A DNA stretch of 63,957 nucleotides, filler included, from Calcarisporiella thermophila CBS 279.70 (GCF_041956535.1; 12 parts of 11 records of this genome joined end to end with filler, not necessarily neighbours in it); one strand, 5' to 3'; positions 10,133 through 22,729 are shown, counted from the whole stretch's first letter. Notes: generated by a model from the letters alone, not told the origin. Translations and numbers: made by a program.

Positions 10133-11719
10133 ATGAGAAGAATTTTATACATTGCTTCGGTGATATCCCTCAATGCTTTACCGGCATTATCTGACCAAAT
10201 AGTCAAGCTCGACTATGGCACTTTTGAAGGATTTACTTCCAGAGAGATCCACCAGTTTTTGGGTATACCATATGCCCAGCCTCCGATAGGCAAACTTCGG
10301 TTCAAACCTCCACTACCACCTCTACCTTTTGAGGGTATTAAAAAAGCTACAAAATACTCTCCTGTTTGCTTGCAATATGCGCCTATCCCTGGTGGAAGTG
10401 AAGATTGTCTAACACTCAACGTTTTTACACCAAATCTCAACCCTAACGAACCTTATCCTGTGATGGTCTGGGTTTACGGTGGCGCTTTCGGAGGAGGATG
10501 GTCTTCCAGTTATAATGGAGAGAGCTTTGTTAGGGAAGCCAATAATTCTGTAGTAATAGTAACTATGAATTATCGCACTGGAGCATTTGGATTTCTTGCC
10601 TCGGTAGAGGCTGTTAAAGAAAACGCCGCCAACATGGGACTTATGGATCAGCAGCTGGCGTTTGAGTGGGTTCAGAAATATATAAGATCTTTTGGAGGGG
10701 ATCCCGACAATATCACAGTTTTCGGAGAATCTGCAGGAGCAGTCTCGATTGCACTACATCTTGTAAGATACGGTAATTCTACAAAGCCGCCATTCCATAA
10801 AGCAATAGTTCAATCAGGTGGTCCGAATACTCCTATCTTGCATCCAGAATTTCAACAACAATTCTTCGACAAAATAATGAAAAAAGTAGGATGCAAAGTC
10901 TACCCAAGCTCGTCTACCGAAGCATTAGCTTGTTTACGAGGAATCTCCCCAAACTCCCTTGCAAAAGCGTTTGAAGATATATTTGCTCAGGCTCTTCTTC
11001 GCGGCCGAGCTCATCCCTTCGGCCCAATAATTGATGGAAAATTTATCAAAAAGCACCCCATTGATATGTTGAAAGAGACTGGTTTACCGTCCATTCCCTT
11101 GATGATGGGCTCTACAACCGATGAGGGCACTATGTTTACTGTTGGGGCATTTGTTCCAATTCCGATAAATGGAGGCGATATCAGTGCTATATCTGTTATG
11201 TTTCCAATGAGCAATGAGGATATTAAGAGAGTCGATTCTCTTTATCCTATTTCTGATTACAAGTCGATGATCTATTCAACGAAATATCTGAGACTCTCTG
11301 ATGCAGTCGGTGACGCAAAATTCAAATGTCCTCAGGAGCTTCTCTTCCAACACGCAAAGGGTGAAGTTTATCGATATCGTTTTAATCAACTTACACCCTT
11401 TCAAAAAACGCCTCCCTATCCTCTACTTGTAAATCATGGTGATGAGTTACCTTATCTTTGGCCCAGCATGGCTCTTGGATCAAGGGCTGCGTTTACAGCA
11501 AATGACAGAGCATTGGCAAGAGTAATGTCGGACTATTGGGTATGTTTTGCGAAAACTGGTAATCCTAATTGCAAAAATAACCTGATATGGCCAGAATTTA
11601 CTTCATCAAAACAACGTATTTTACTCCAAGAACCTGGTCTTACTATAGAACCGGTACCTGATAATAAGCTGAAATGCAATTTCTGGAATAGCTTATATTA
11701 CAAAAATAATTTCAATTAA
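10133..11719 (+). CDS. Secreted type-B carboxylesterase/lipase (alpha/beta hydrolase)
   Basis: Signal peptide, FLGIPYAQPP, SEDCLTLNV, GGAF, catalytic GESAG, HGDEL; intronless 528 aa. Confidence 0.95.
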   Translation: MRRILYIASVISLNALPALSDQIVKLDYGTFEGFTSREIHQFLGIPYAQPPIGKLRFKPPLPPLPFEGIKKATKYSPVCLQYAPIPGGSEDCLTLNVFTPNLNPNEPYPVMVWVYGGAFGGGWSSSYNGESFVREANNSVVIVTMNYRTGAFGFLASVEAVKENAANMGLMDQQLAFEWVQKYIRSFGGDPDNITVFGESAGAVSIALHLVRYGNSTKPPFHKAIVQSGGPNTPILHPEFQQQFFDKIMKKVGCKVYPSSSTEALACLRGISPNSLAKAFEDIFAQALLRGRAHPFGPIIDGKFIKKHPIDMLKETGLPSIPLMMGSTTDEGTMFTVGAFVPIPINGGDISAISVMFPMSNEDIKRVDSLYPISDYKSMIYSTKYLRLSDAVGDAKFKCPQELLFQHAKGEVYRYRFNQLTPFQKTPPYPLLVNHGDELPYLWPSMALGSRAAFTANDRALARVMSDYWVCFAKTGNPNCKNNLIWPEFTSSKQRILLQEPGLTIEPVPDNKLKCNFWNSLYYKNNFN

Positions 11720-12923
11720 ATTCTTTAAAAATTTTGAATAATCAAATTTTCTCAATAGCAATATGGTGATTATTTATTACTGTAATGTATCTGAACTTTT
11801 AAGAATAAATAAGTCTTATTGTTAAGAATGGGATTTTGATAGAAAAATTAAGTTTACTTTTATAACCAAGGGTCCTTTATTAAACTATAATAACTAAGAA
11901 TATGAAAATTGTTTATTGATAAAAGGAATCTGGTCTTTTGTCTTGTTGAAAATATCGGATATCTGATTTAATGTTCGACTTAATTTGCTAATAAACCTGC
12001 TCGATTTGTAAAATGAGCATCTTGATAATTCATAATATGAAATAGACTGCGTGTCATGATGTTAATTTTACCATCATGACGCTATTAAGGTCTAAGCCAT
12101 AAATGGCCTAGGACCGTAATACCAATTTTATTAACTGTTATTTTGTATAACATTATTTTATCATTCGATTGTTTGAGCTTTAAATAGTCTCTGCTATTTG
12201 TTTTCTGGTCCTTACTTCTTTTTTCTTTGTTCTTTTATTATATTTTATTATATTATTATAGAGGAGTCCAAAAGTAGAAATACTTTTGTAACAGCAACTG
12301 TGCATATACTATTCAAATTTATAAATGAAAGAGATGGTTTGGCTATCCCTAACCCATCTTTATATCACCGTTTTTTTTTGTAATGTACGCCATGTAGAAT
12401 TAATATTAGGGATGAATAAAGTTGGTTGGTGAACAAAAGATATAGAGGTTACAACCTGTAATAAAACAAAGATTGAAGTGGTACTGGTCTAAGATTATTT
12501 TGTTGATTTTCATCACAAAAGGAAATAAATTTGATAATTATAAAGTATTATGGTACTTGCAATGGTAAAGTTATTTGAGTCATTCATTGGGATTGCACAA
12601 AAGATCTCAGAGACGAATCTACTCAGTTTAGAAGTGCTGTTGTTTACTAATACCATAACTTCATTAATTTTTTTATCCCTTTTATATTACCTTTGCAAAT
12701 TCAGTAAATTTTTGGACGAATATAAAATTTAATAGGTATAACTGAGATCGAGTGGAAGATAAGGAACAGAAATCTATTCAAGATTCTTTATGAACCAGCG
12801 TATACCAAGAATACTTAGAATTCCAGTTATACCTTTATTTTCGAAATTTTTTTAGGTAATCGATATGTTGTTCTTATCCCCACAATGACGAAGATATTCT
12901 TGCTTTTTTAAAGCCAGAGATAT

Positions 12924-13436
12924 TTACCAGTACCAATTACGGCAACCATAAGGGAGGCCGAATCCAAATCCTCCAAAACCATAAGGCAAGCATCCGTATC
13001 CGATTCTATCAAAGATACCGTATGGGGCGCAGCAGCTGTATCTATGACTGCGTTTCACAATTGTGTTTGTATTAGCTGTATTGTACACATTAGCATGGTT
13101 CGATGCATCGGTGCATTCACTAGCTTTGACGTTGGCAGCAAGGTTCGCACGATGTTTGAAACAGTTATCCACATTGGCGGCATTAGCATAATAAGCGTTG
13201 TTATAAATGGAGGGATAATAGCCATATCCACAATATCCTCCATAGTTGCCATAGCCACCACACGGATAGCCCCCATATACATCGTAATCGCAATATTCAC
13301 ATGGAGAGCCCCAGTTGTACCCACCACAACGCTTGTCAACAATGCTATCTACATCTGCAGAGGGAGAAGCGAGGGAAGGGCAGAAGAGACCAAGAAGAGC
13401 GAAGGGAAGAAGTACTAAGGAGTAGTTCTTGAACAT
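12924..13436 (-). CDS. Small secreted Cys/Gly/Tyr-rich protein
   Basis: Hydrophobic signal peptide, two KR dibasic sites, GY/CG-rich repeats flanking an Asn/Ala-rich block; TATA-like motif upstream. Confidence 0.8.
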   Translation of the reverse strand: MFKNYSLVLLPFALLGLFCPSLASPSADVDSIVDKRCGGYNWGSPCEYCDYDVYGGYPCGGYGNYGGYCGYGYYPSIYNNAYYANAANVDNCFKHRANLAANVKASECTDASNHANVYNTANTNTIVKRSHRYSCCAPYGIFDRIGYGCLPYGFGGFGFGLPYGCRNWYW

Positions 13437-14299
13437 TTTGTTTGAACTTGTTGTTGATTGTTTTTTATTCGAAGTATTCTGAGTATGACAATAGTTTCAA
13501 AAGGCTCCCTTTTATATCCCTTTAAAATATACAGTTATTACTTCTGCGGTATCAACTTGATAAATCTCTCAAACAAAGAATTTATACTACTCTGATGATA
13601 TCAAATATGAATAATACGAATTTAATGGAATCTTGCTTATAAGTACTGCGATGATAAAAAGAGATTTGGAGGGCAATTCCAACAATAAAGTATGATTCTT
13701 TCATTGACGCACATAAATCAAGCAGGGGTTTTAAATATTAAAGTTTCGACGCCTCAGAAGAACTGATACGGGGTGTCAGTAGATTAACCTAAACATAATT
13801 TGTAGATATCTGCGCTTATTATATTTATCAATTTCATAGTTACGAGGAATCAATAGTAAAGAAGCTTGCTTATAAAAATCAAACATCTATCTTCTATTGA
13901 TTAGTATGCTGCGCCATTTTAATACTTTTTTTCCCTTTATACTAATTCATATCTACGAAATATGTCAGAAGAAATTCTTGATGAATCAATTAAAAATGTT
14001 TATGTCCCAAAAGAGAGCTTGTTCAATGTAAAAAGAAAAGTGTACATTATCATTAACCAGCAATTAATTTCTTTGATAAAATACTTTTCTAACATACGAT
14101 TGACATTATTCAACGTAAAAGAGGATGAAAATCGGTGCACGATCAAGGTGGTTCTATATTCTCATTTTGTGAATATGTTGAACCATTAGCACGGGCGCAA
14201 AACTCTCATTTAAGCTCACACCAGAGTTTGTATATTGTTTGTATTTTCTGTTTAAGAAAGAATATTTTAGTTGAGCGCAATAGTAATAACGAGGCTTTT

Positions 14300-16098
14300 A
14301 GACGGCACTTTCTTGCTGTTACTCATCCATTTTCCATTCAAGAACTAGGAATATGAAGGATTGCCAAACGTTGGCTAGAATACCGCAAATGATTAGTATG
14401 AAAATCGAGAAACAAGCAAGCGGTTTAAACGATTTGCACGTCACCCATCAAATGCAGAGGATGGGCTGGAAAAATGGACAAAGTAAGGGCTCCGTGTGTG
14501 GGAATGTTGAGCTGGATCCGTTGCGAATGTCTACTGATTAGTGCGTGAAGGATTCCCTCCGGGCACTCTCGAAGTTGCTACCGAATGCACCATTCAACGG
14601 GTGCATCCACGCCGGCCCTGCTTCGCAGCTTTCTCTGTATTCTAATTGCACATCAATAATAGCTGGCAGCCCAATCACATGCCAGGATTAGTGGTAGCGA
14701 TCGGCGATGTTGTACATTTTCGGCGAGTAACCAGCCTAATTAAGGTTTGGCTCTACTAATCAGGGTTTGAGAATCAAGCAGGATGCGCAGTGGACTCGAA
14801 AACAAACCTGCGAGACAATTGGCCGATGGCCGGTAGATTGGAAGGCACGGGAACACGATATTGCATTTGCACGTACTCTCTTCTGTCTTCTCGGCGGCAT
14901 TGCGCTTCAGCGCGCCATCCCATGAGAGATGATGCATTCAAACGACAGCCTATTGATAACGCTTTCGTCAGCGCGACAATAAAAGGCGCGGCATTTATCC
15001 GCACGACCTTCTCTGCATCCGATTGTTTCATTCGTTGGGCGCCAACATCGTCGACAAGGAACTAGCTCAAGTTTACTAGGAAGTGGATCCATCCATTTTG
15101 CAACTTGGCAAATTCGTCGTCAATGTCGTGGCTATTTGTTCCATCCAGCAGTTTGCTACGGCTAGCATCATCCCCAAGATGAAAGTTGAAGGGATCCAAG
15201 AACCAGGTAGATTTGAAGTCTGATGCTGCTCTACATTCCACTATGATTAAGCTGTGATTCAACTCCAATATTCATTTGCAAAATTAGCCTGTATGTATCA
15301 AGCTCTTATAACACTTGAACAAATTGTGATTGAAAACTAATGAGAAATCCTTTCTCATTGTCCTCTGCAATTGTGCTATTTAATCGGTCGGCAAGTACCC
15401 AAGATCGACTATATATGCGCATTTTTCTCAATTATCCCTGATATATCCAACGGCTGCTCAATGGCATCCCTCATATAATATAGAAAGTGAATATCATGAC
15501 ACCTTATCAGACAATCATTCATATCGCTAATTTTTGCTCTATAAATTGCGCGATGCATTATCACCAAAAGAGCGTAAGATTTAATACTTCGTAACGAACA
15601 CGGCGTGTTTCCATTGAATGCTGACGAAGTTTGTGGAGAATGATTGCTCCTCATTTGCTTTGAATAGGAGATATCAAGGCTGAAGGAACATACTTCTCAT
15701 TTGTACCAATCATCTAACCTCAATAGAGATTAAGTACCACTAAAATATGTCATATTCGCAATCGCTCTATTGAATGCTAATGGAATGAATTTTGTATTTG
15801 TGCCAATCGCTAAACACAAGTACTTACTGTTTTTAGCCAGTAAGTGCTTGGGTTTATTTCACGTTCAATAATTAAAATAAGAATTTAAAATTACTAGCAT
15901 AATTGCAGAGGTATCATGTCCATGTCACATCTCAATACTATTAATTCTGGGTCGTATTATATCACTTCATGTGCCTGTCAAACCAGTCAATCAACTGCTC
16001 TGGGTGCTTGGGAAAGTAATTATAACCATCGAAGCGGCGGGTAGAACCCTCAATCCAGAAGAGCTTCTTATCCTTGCAGCCAATGTTGGCGAAGATGG
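14300..16098 (-). pseudogene. Unidentified degenerate coding-like region
   Basis: Locally GC-richer stretch with several interrupted minus-strand ORFs; no family recognised. Confidence 0.25.
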
Positions 16099-16511
16099 NN
16101 NNNNNNNNNNNNNNNNNNNNNNNNNNNNNNNNNNNNNNNNNNTTAATTAATTAANNNNNNNNNNNNNNNNNNNNNNNNNNNNNNNNNNNNNNNNNNNNTG
16201 TAACAGTTCAACAACTGTCAGAAATGTTATCCCTTATTAAAGAATGGGGAAAGGTCATATTATTATTAAAACTGTCCAAAACATACTGTAATGAATGAGT
16301 CGTATCCTCACCTTATTAAAGAATGGGGAAAGGTGAGGAACCCAAAAATCAAGGAATTAGGAAATATATAAAGAAGAATTCAAGAAAAACAAAGCTGCAT
16401 CACAGAACTAGATCGTAATTTAATAATTAAATGAAAGAAACGAGTATATGTGAGTATAAAATGTATTAAATGAATGGTGTAAAAAAGGGGTCGGAGCTTG
16501 GTCGTGTTACA

Positions 16512-19500
16512 TTACTCCCTTCCCATAGGAAGAGCTGACCCAGCGGCTTGTGCTTCATATGTCGCGATCGCTCCTGCGGCGCCGGTTAGATTCTCCAGGG
16601 GTTCCCAGGTAGCTTCGTATTGAGGGTAGCCCAACCATTTGACGAGATATTGTATTTGGCCTCTGTAAGTGCGCTTGTCTTGAATTTCCTCGACCTCGTA
16701 CACTGGGGAATTCGTGTCGTCATAGATGGGAGGAGGGCGTGAAATGTCTTGATTTTCCAAGTCTGCCGGCGTTTCTATGTATGGTTTGAGGGAAGAGACG
16801 TTAATGACAGGGTGAATCCCGATTGTGGGCGGAAGATCTAGTCGGTAGGCATTATCGGAAAGTTTCTCTGTGATCTTGTAGGGTCCAATGTACTTTGGTA
16901 AGAGCTTCCTGGACGGGCGGTTCCGACTGTTCGGAATCGAAATATTAGCGGTACTGAGCATAACTAAACTCCCCGCGTCAAAGGTCTGGCGTCGACGTCT
17001 CTTGTTGTAATTCTTCTCCTGTCTTGATTGGGCTAGTTGAATTGAGTCTTGAGCTGCACATATGTTTGCGGAGAGAGCGGAAATAAATTCTTCTACTGCC
17101 TGAACGTTGGTAGGGGACTGTGACGTTTGTTGTAAGTTGGCTGGGATTATCGGGTCGCGACCAAGGTCCAGGAAAAAGGGAGAGAATCCTGTGGTTGTAT
17201 GGATAGCATTATTATAAGCGAACTCAATGGGTGTCAAGAACTCATCCCAATTATCTTGTCTGTAGGAAACATAGTGTCGGAGCATCTCTTCAAGAGAGCG
17301 GTTTATTCTCTCTGTTTGGCCGTCGGTTTGTGGATGGAAGGCGGTAGACATAGTGAGTTTGGTCCCTAAGCATTTGAACAACTCTTGCCAAAAGGAGCTT
17401 GTGAACTTGCTGTCGCGGTCGGTGATGATGACGCGCGGTAATCCGTGTAATCGAAATATATTGTTGAAAAAGAGCCGTGCTACTTCGGGAGCTGTAACGG
17501 TGCCCTTAGTCGGTACGAAGTGAGCGCGCTTAGACAGTCTATCCACGAATACTATTATTGAGTCGTAACCAGACTTCGCCTTGGGTAGACCCACAATGAA
17601 GTCCATGCTGATTTGTTCCCATCGGTCGTGCGGGACGGGAAGCGGAAGTAAAAGGCCGGCGGGTTGTTTGTTTGTCGCCTTGTTTCGTTGACATAACTCA
17701 CAGCTGGAAACATATCTTTTCGCGTCGCGGGAAAGTCGAGGCCAATAGTAGTTCTTCCGGAGTTGAAGATATGTTTTATCGTACCCGGGGTGACCTGAAA
17801 TAGGGATGTCGTGTGTCTCTTGCAAGAGTTTAAGGCGCAGATTATTATGGTTTGGGGCGCACAAGCGGAATGAGCCGTCGCTGGCGTCGTGGAAATAAAT
17901 GAGATCACCTCGTAGCTCGAATCGACTGATTTTTGCCTTGTCGAAGGTGTTGAGGGAGTTAGGAGGCGTCTTTAGGAGTCTGGCAATTTCGTCGAAGTAT
18001 GGGTCGTGTTGATAACCCTGGATGAAATCGGACAGGAGCTCTGGAGAGGTATTAACGGTCGAAATGAAGTTGACTTGCTTAAGTGGATACCGAGAGAGAG
18101 GGTCGACGTTGCTATGCTTCTTCCCAGGTTTGTGCTTTATCTTCATGAATTCACGATAGGGTTGGATTTCCATAGACCAGCGATTCAGCCGAGGATTTGG
18201 AGTCTTAAAATCGAAGAGCCATTGCAATGCGCTGTGATCGGTGATCAGCTCGAACTGTGAACCATCAAGATATGGGTGAAGCTTGCGTAGGGCCCAGATG
18301 ACGGCTAAGCATTCTCGCTCGGTAGCGCTGTAGTTTTGCTCAGCTCGTTGAAGTTGTCTAGAGAGATAGCAGATAACACGTTCCTTGCCATCCCCCTATT
18401 TCTGACCTAGGACAACTCCAAGTCCTATGGCGCTAGCGTCAGTGTATACCACGAATGGCTTAGAATAGTCTGGTTGTGCGAGGATAGGGGCCGACGTTAA
18501 CTTCTCCTTTAATGTCTCGAAAGCACTCTGGTGTTCGTCGGTCCATGAGAATAAATTATCCTTTTTGAGTAGTCGGGTCAAGGGTCGAGCTATAGTTGCG
18601 AAATCCTTTACGAAGCGTCTATAGTAGGTAGCGAGGCCAAGGAATTGTCGGACATCCTTTGCGGACTCCGGAGTTGGCCAATCTCTAACTGCGCGGGTTT
18701 TTTCCGGCTGAGTGGCTAAGCCAAGGTTAGAGACCGCGTAACCCAGGGCTGTGATTTGTTGGTAAAAGAGATAAGATTTCTTGAGGCTTAGCGTCAGGCC
18801 GGCACGGATGATGATACGTAAGACAGTCTCGCAGTGTTGGAGGTGCTCTTCGAACGTCTTGCTTGAAACAATTAAGTCATCTATATACACGATTGCAAAG
18901 TCCCATTTGCATTGACCCAGGAGTCTGTCCATCAGGCGTTGAAACACGGCTGGACCGTTTTTGACTCCAAATGGCATTCTTGTAAACTCCTTGAGTCCTT
19001 GATGAGTCCGAAAGGCGGTCTTCTCTCTGTCATCGGCGGTTGCGAGAGGTACCTGGTGGAAGCCTTTGTTAGCATCGAAGGTTGAAAACCACGATTTACC
19101 CGAGAGGTGGGTGAGTAGGTCGTCCACACGCGGAATTGGGTAGCTGTCTGTCACCGTGACGCTGTTCAACTTGCGGTAGTCGACACAAAAACGCAGCCCC
19201 CCGTCTTTCTTGCGGACAAGGACTACTGGTGCTGCCCATGGTGAGTGCGAGTCTCGAATTATGCCTTGTGATTCCAGCTCAATGATTTGGTCTTCTATTG
19301 CCTTCCTCTCGCGTGGCGATGCCCGATAAGGTGGCAGTGAGATTGGCTCGGCATTGCGCGTGTCTATCCTCATGCTGACCACGTCGGTAAAACCCACTCT
19401 GTTGTTGTAAGCGAAAGCATGCCGGTTTTCCCACAAAAGGTTGACGACCTTTTCCTTCTGTTCGTCGGTGAGCTCGGGGTTGAGATTAGCTTCAGCAAGT

Positions 19501-20357
19501 ATTTGCTCGAATGCGCACCTTTCTTGGTCGGCGTCGAGAGTGCAGGTTGAGTAAGTTGAGAGTTGCGCCGTTATAGTTAGAGGGGTAACTGTGGCTAACG
19601 TTTCCCCTTTCCGTAGCGTGATCGGGGAGTCTTGTGCATTTATTACTTCAATGCACGGGGTCGGCGCGTCCGTTTTAACGACGGTGTGAGCGGCGCGGAC
19701 AAGTGTTTCACCTCCTCTTAAGTCGACTGGGGTCATAAGAGCATCCTCTGTAGAAATTCGCTCGACGAAGTTCACTGGGACAATCGTTCGGTGGCCCGGT
19801 TTAATCGTGGTGTCCCTGGCTGCCGTGGCTCTTGTCGAGGAAGGTGGAGCGGCGGTTGGGGAGGTTGGAGTCGGAGGGTTGGCCTGTTTGTGTTTCACGA
19901 AGCCGATCTCGTAATTTGGGTAGTCCAGGAAATAGAAGTACCTTTGCGCATTGCTCGTCTCCATCTTGCGTGGGATCAGATCATCGTTTCCGATAAGGAT
20001 TCCAGCCGGGAGGTTGTCGAGTACCGCGAATTTTATCACTGTCCTGAATTTTGGACCCGAGGCTGGAGTAAAGAGTAGCTCTACTTCGATTTCTCCTATC
20101 GGTTTGGTTGGTGGTCCCAGGCCCCGGACGGTTATGTTCGGTGGCGGATCGAGTTGGGCAGTTGGGTTGAGTGCTTTCAGGAGATTGTGATCCATCAGCG
20201 AGATTTCTGAGCCTTGATCGAGGCATACTGTAGTATTCTGACCAAAAACTTGGGCGTTGACAAAGTTTGACTTGTTCATTTCCTGGAAATTCGGCGGATA
20301 TTCCGGTTTGATGTCGATTATGAGGGATTCCGGATGTTCATCTAGCGCGCTCGACAC
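16512..20357 (-). CDS. pol: Pol (protease, dUTPase-like linker, RT, RNase H, integrase, chromodomain) with one in-frame TAG at 18396-18398
   Basis: YIDD; DAS...YSATERECLA; HHCC (HDIPISGH...CELC); AFHPQTDGQTER; GPY; YLVKWLGYP..EATWEP; the two listed ORFs are in the same frame. Confidence 0.93.
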
Positions 20358-20359
20358 CC

Positions 20360-21652
20360 TCAGAGACGGCGCGCTGGGTGAAAATGCGTTGTGTTGGTGT
20401 TTGGAGTGGCTATTATAGTGTTCGAATAGCGAACTTGGTCTTCATCAGGAGAGATGTCCTCGTTTCGTTGCTCGATTGGAGAGTCCGAGTGGGTTTCCAC
20501 GTTGTAGGCTTGTCTCACGTTATGGTGTGGCTGTTTGTTTGTTGGGGTGGAGCTTGGGTTGGCGATTGCCCTTTCTGGATGATTTCCCATGAGCTCAGGA
20601 CACTCGAATCTCCAATGGTCCCCTCTGCAGTCCGGGCAAGGGTACGGAGGTTTGCCTCTCCAGAACGGCCTGTTTTGGGCTTGCTTAGGTCGCTTTTCAT
20701 TGTCCCGAGGATTGTCTGGCGTTAGTTCTTTATCGGGGACTAGATCGATGAGAATCCGGCGGAGATCTTGGGCCTTTGCGTTGGGAGTCAGGTGTGCCTT
20801 TGCGAGGTTCCTGATATTCCTCGGTAATCCATTGAGGATCTCGCAAATCATCACTTTGTGGCTGTTCTCTCCGTATACCCGTCGCGCCAACGAGTATTTG
20901 TCCCGATAATAATTCAGAATTGATTCCTTGCCATCAAAGATGCGGTGTCGGAGTTTTAGTGCAAGTTGTGCCTCGTAATCAGGGGGCCTGAAATAGTCGC
21001 GTAAGGCGGCGCACCATTCGTCCCAGGTAGTTAGGGCGCAACGCTGTTCTTCTCCGAGATCGAAGAACCAGTCGAGAGCTTCTTCCTTCAATACATTTGG
21101 TAGCATCAGAATGACTTCGTAATCGGAGGTCCTGCTGCAACTCTTCATCTGGCTGACCCTTTCGATCCAAAGATCAACGTCCTCCGAAATAGTGCCTTGG
21201 AATATAGGTATGTCGTTAATATCTAGGCGTCGAGGTCTGTCGCTGTTATCAGTGCCAAAGGAATGGTTGTGTCGGATTGCCAAAAGATCGTCGTCGTGCT
21301 TTTTTTCGATTGGGGACGGACTGGCGTATTCAGGAGAGATTACTTGGGTAGGAACCTGTGGTTTCTCCAAAATCCTCCCGAACATGTTTAGCATCTGTTC
21401 CATCGCTGAAGATTGCCGTTGTTGGGCTTCGGACAGTTGCTTCAAGATTTCTGATTGTTGCTTTAGCAGCAAATGAACGGTGGTTTCCTCTTGTGAAGAG
21501 GCTGGGGCAAGAGTTGCCGTAGTGGGCGATGAGGTTGAGTCGGCGGGGCGACTGCCAGATGATTCCGCGGTGTTTACAGAGTCGCTGCGTAACACGCGGG
21601 TTGAAGATTGTATTTCGCGGGCGCGGCCCGAAGTTGGAAGTGTAGGAGGCAT
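20360..21652 (-). CDS. gag: Gag polyprotein
   Basis: Capsid-like IPIFQG...WIERV...ALDWF and CCHC knuckle CPDCRGDHWRFEC. Confidence 0.9.
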   Translation of the reverse strand: MPPTLPTSGRAREIQSSTRVLRSDSVNTAESSGSRPADSTSSPTTATLAPASSQEETTVHLLLKQQSEILKQLSEAQQRQSSAMEQMLNMFGRILEKPQVPTQVISPEYASPSPIEKKHDDDLLAIRHNHSFGTDNSDRPRRLDINDIPIFQGTISEDVDLWIERVSQMKSCSRTSDYEVILMLPNVLKEEALDWFFDLGEEQRCALTTWDEWCAALRDYFRPPDYEAQLALKLRHRIFDGKESILNYYRDKYSLARRVYGENSHKVMICEILNGLPRNIRNLAKAHLTPNAKAQDLRRILIDLVPDKELTPDNPRDNEKRPKQAQNRPFWRGKPPYPCPDCRGDHWRFECPELMGNHPERAIANPSSTPTNKQPHHNVRQAYNVETHSDSPIEQRNEDISPDEDQVRYSNTIIATPNTNTTHFHPARRL

Positions 21653-21699
21653 TAAGAAGGATATACACTCAGGAATTTGCTATTCTGGTATCTCGTGTA

Positions 21700-21717
21700 T
21701 ACCCGGGTTCTCCACCA
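21700..21717 (-). promoter_or_regulatory. Primer-binding site, probably tRNA-Ala
   Basis: TGGTGGAGAACCCGGGT 1 nt after the 5' LTR; complement ends ...TCTCCACCA like tRNA-Ala 3' ends. Confidence 0.65.
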
Positions 21718-22142
21718 GTGTAACAGTTCAACAACTGTCAGAAATGTTATCCCTTATTAAAGAATGGGGAAAGGTCATATTATTATTAAAACTGTCCAAA
21801 ACATACTGTAATGAATGAGTCGTATCCTCACCTTATTAAAGAATGGGGAAAGGTGAGGAACCCAAAAATCAAGGAATTAGGAAATATATAAAGAAGAATT
21901 CAAGAAAAACAAAGCTGCATCACAGAACTAGATCGTAATTTAATAATTAAATGAAAGAAACGAGTATATGTGAGTATAAAATGTATTAAATGAATGGTGT
22001 AAAAAAGGGGTCGGAGCTTGGTCGTGTTACAGTTTCCATCTTNNNNNNNNNNNNNNNNNNNNNNNNNNNNNNNNNNNNNNNNNNNNTTAATTAATTAANN
22101 NNNNNNNNNNNNNNNNNNNNNNNNNNNNNNNNNNNNNNNNNN

Positions 22143-22729
22143 ATTGTCCCGAACTCACATCAGTGTGGCATTGGACGGAAAGGTGTATCAACACCATCTC
22201 AGGCCCCCTAAACACTCAAGTGCTGAGCCCCAGGAACTTCGTACTTGGCGACCTACCAGAAGCCCCGAGGACAGTAAGACACACGGCTCAAATCGTCTTC
22301 GATTCGGTGCTATGGCAAATACATCGGGACCGAATCGCCTACCATTTCGAATGCATTCGAGCATCACCCGAGACAATCATCCTCCGTGCCAAAATGGACA
22401 TCGAGGAGGCTATCGGAGGTGAACTGATAAAGGCACGTAAAAGACGAGAGATAGAGTTATTCCGAAGAAGGTGGTGCAGTCAGGGAGCTGTAATAGAAAG
22501 TTCGGATAGAGCAAGACTAAAACTGGAGTGACGAAGCAACCCTTCCTCTCTCCCAATCCGCTCTTTCCCTCCTCCCCTCCTCTTTACTTCATACCTTTCA
22601 CCAAATACCCGATCATTATATACATCTAATTTACCCTTTATTCCCCCCTTTCTTATTTCGTTGTAATCATTATACTCTTGTAAGCTACGGAAACTAATAA
22701 AAGTCTCCGTTGATTGATCAAAAAAAAAA
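22143..22729 (+). mobile_element. LINE family L-1 3' end with poly(A)
   Basis: ORF2 C-terminus (...LWQIHRDR...RARLKLE*), 3' UTR, AATAAAAGTCTCCGTTGATTGATC-polyA. Confidence 0.9.

Larger units (their letters stand above)
16199..22031 (-). mobile_element. Full-length chromovirus-type Ty3/gypsy LTR retrotransposon
   Basis: 313-bp LTRs 16199-16511 and 21719-22031 (TGTAAC...GTTACA), identical by eye; PBS TGGTGGAGAACCCGGGT; PPT GGGAAGGGAG; gag-PR-RT-RH-IN-chromodomain order. Confidence 0.97.

Noticed and set aside
18396-18398. Alternative genetic code (TAG reassigned)
   Set aside because: TAG terminates conserved host genes here (YPD1, SCOC)
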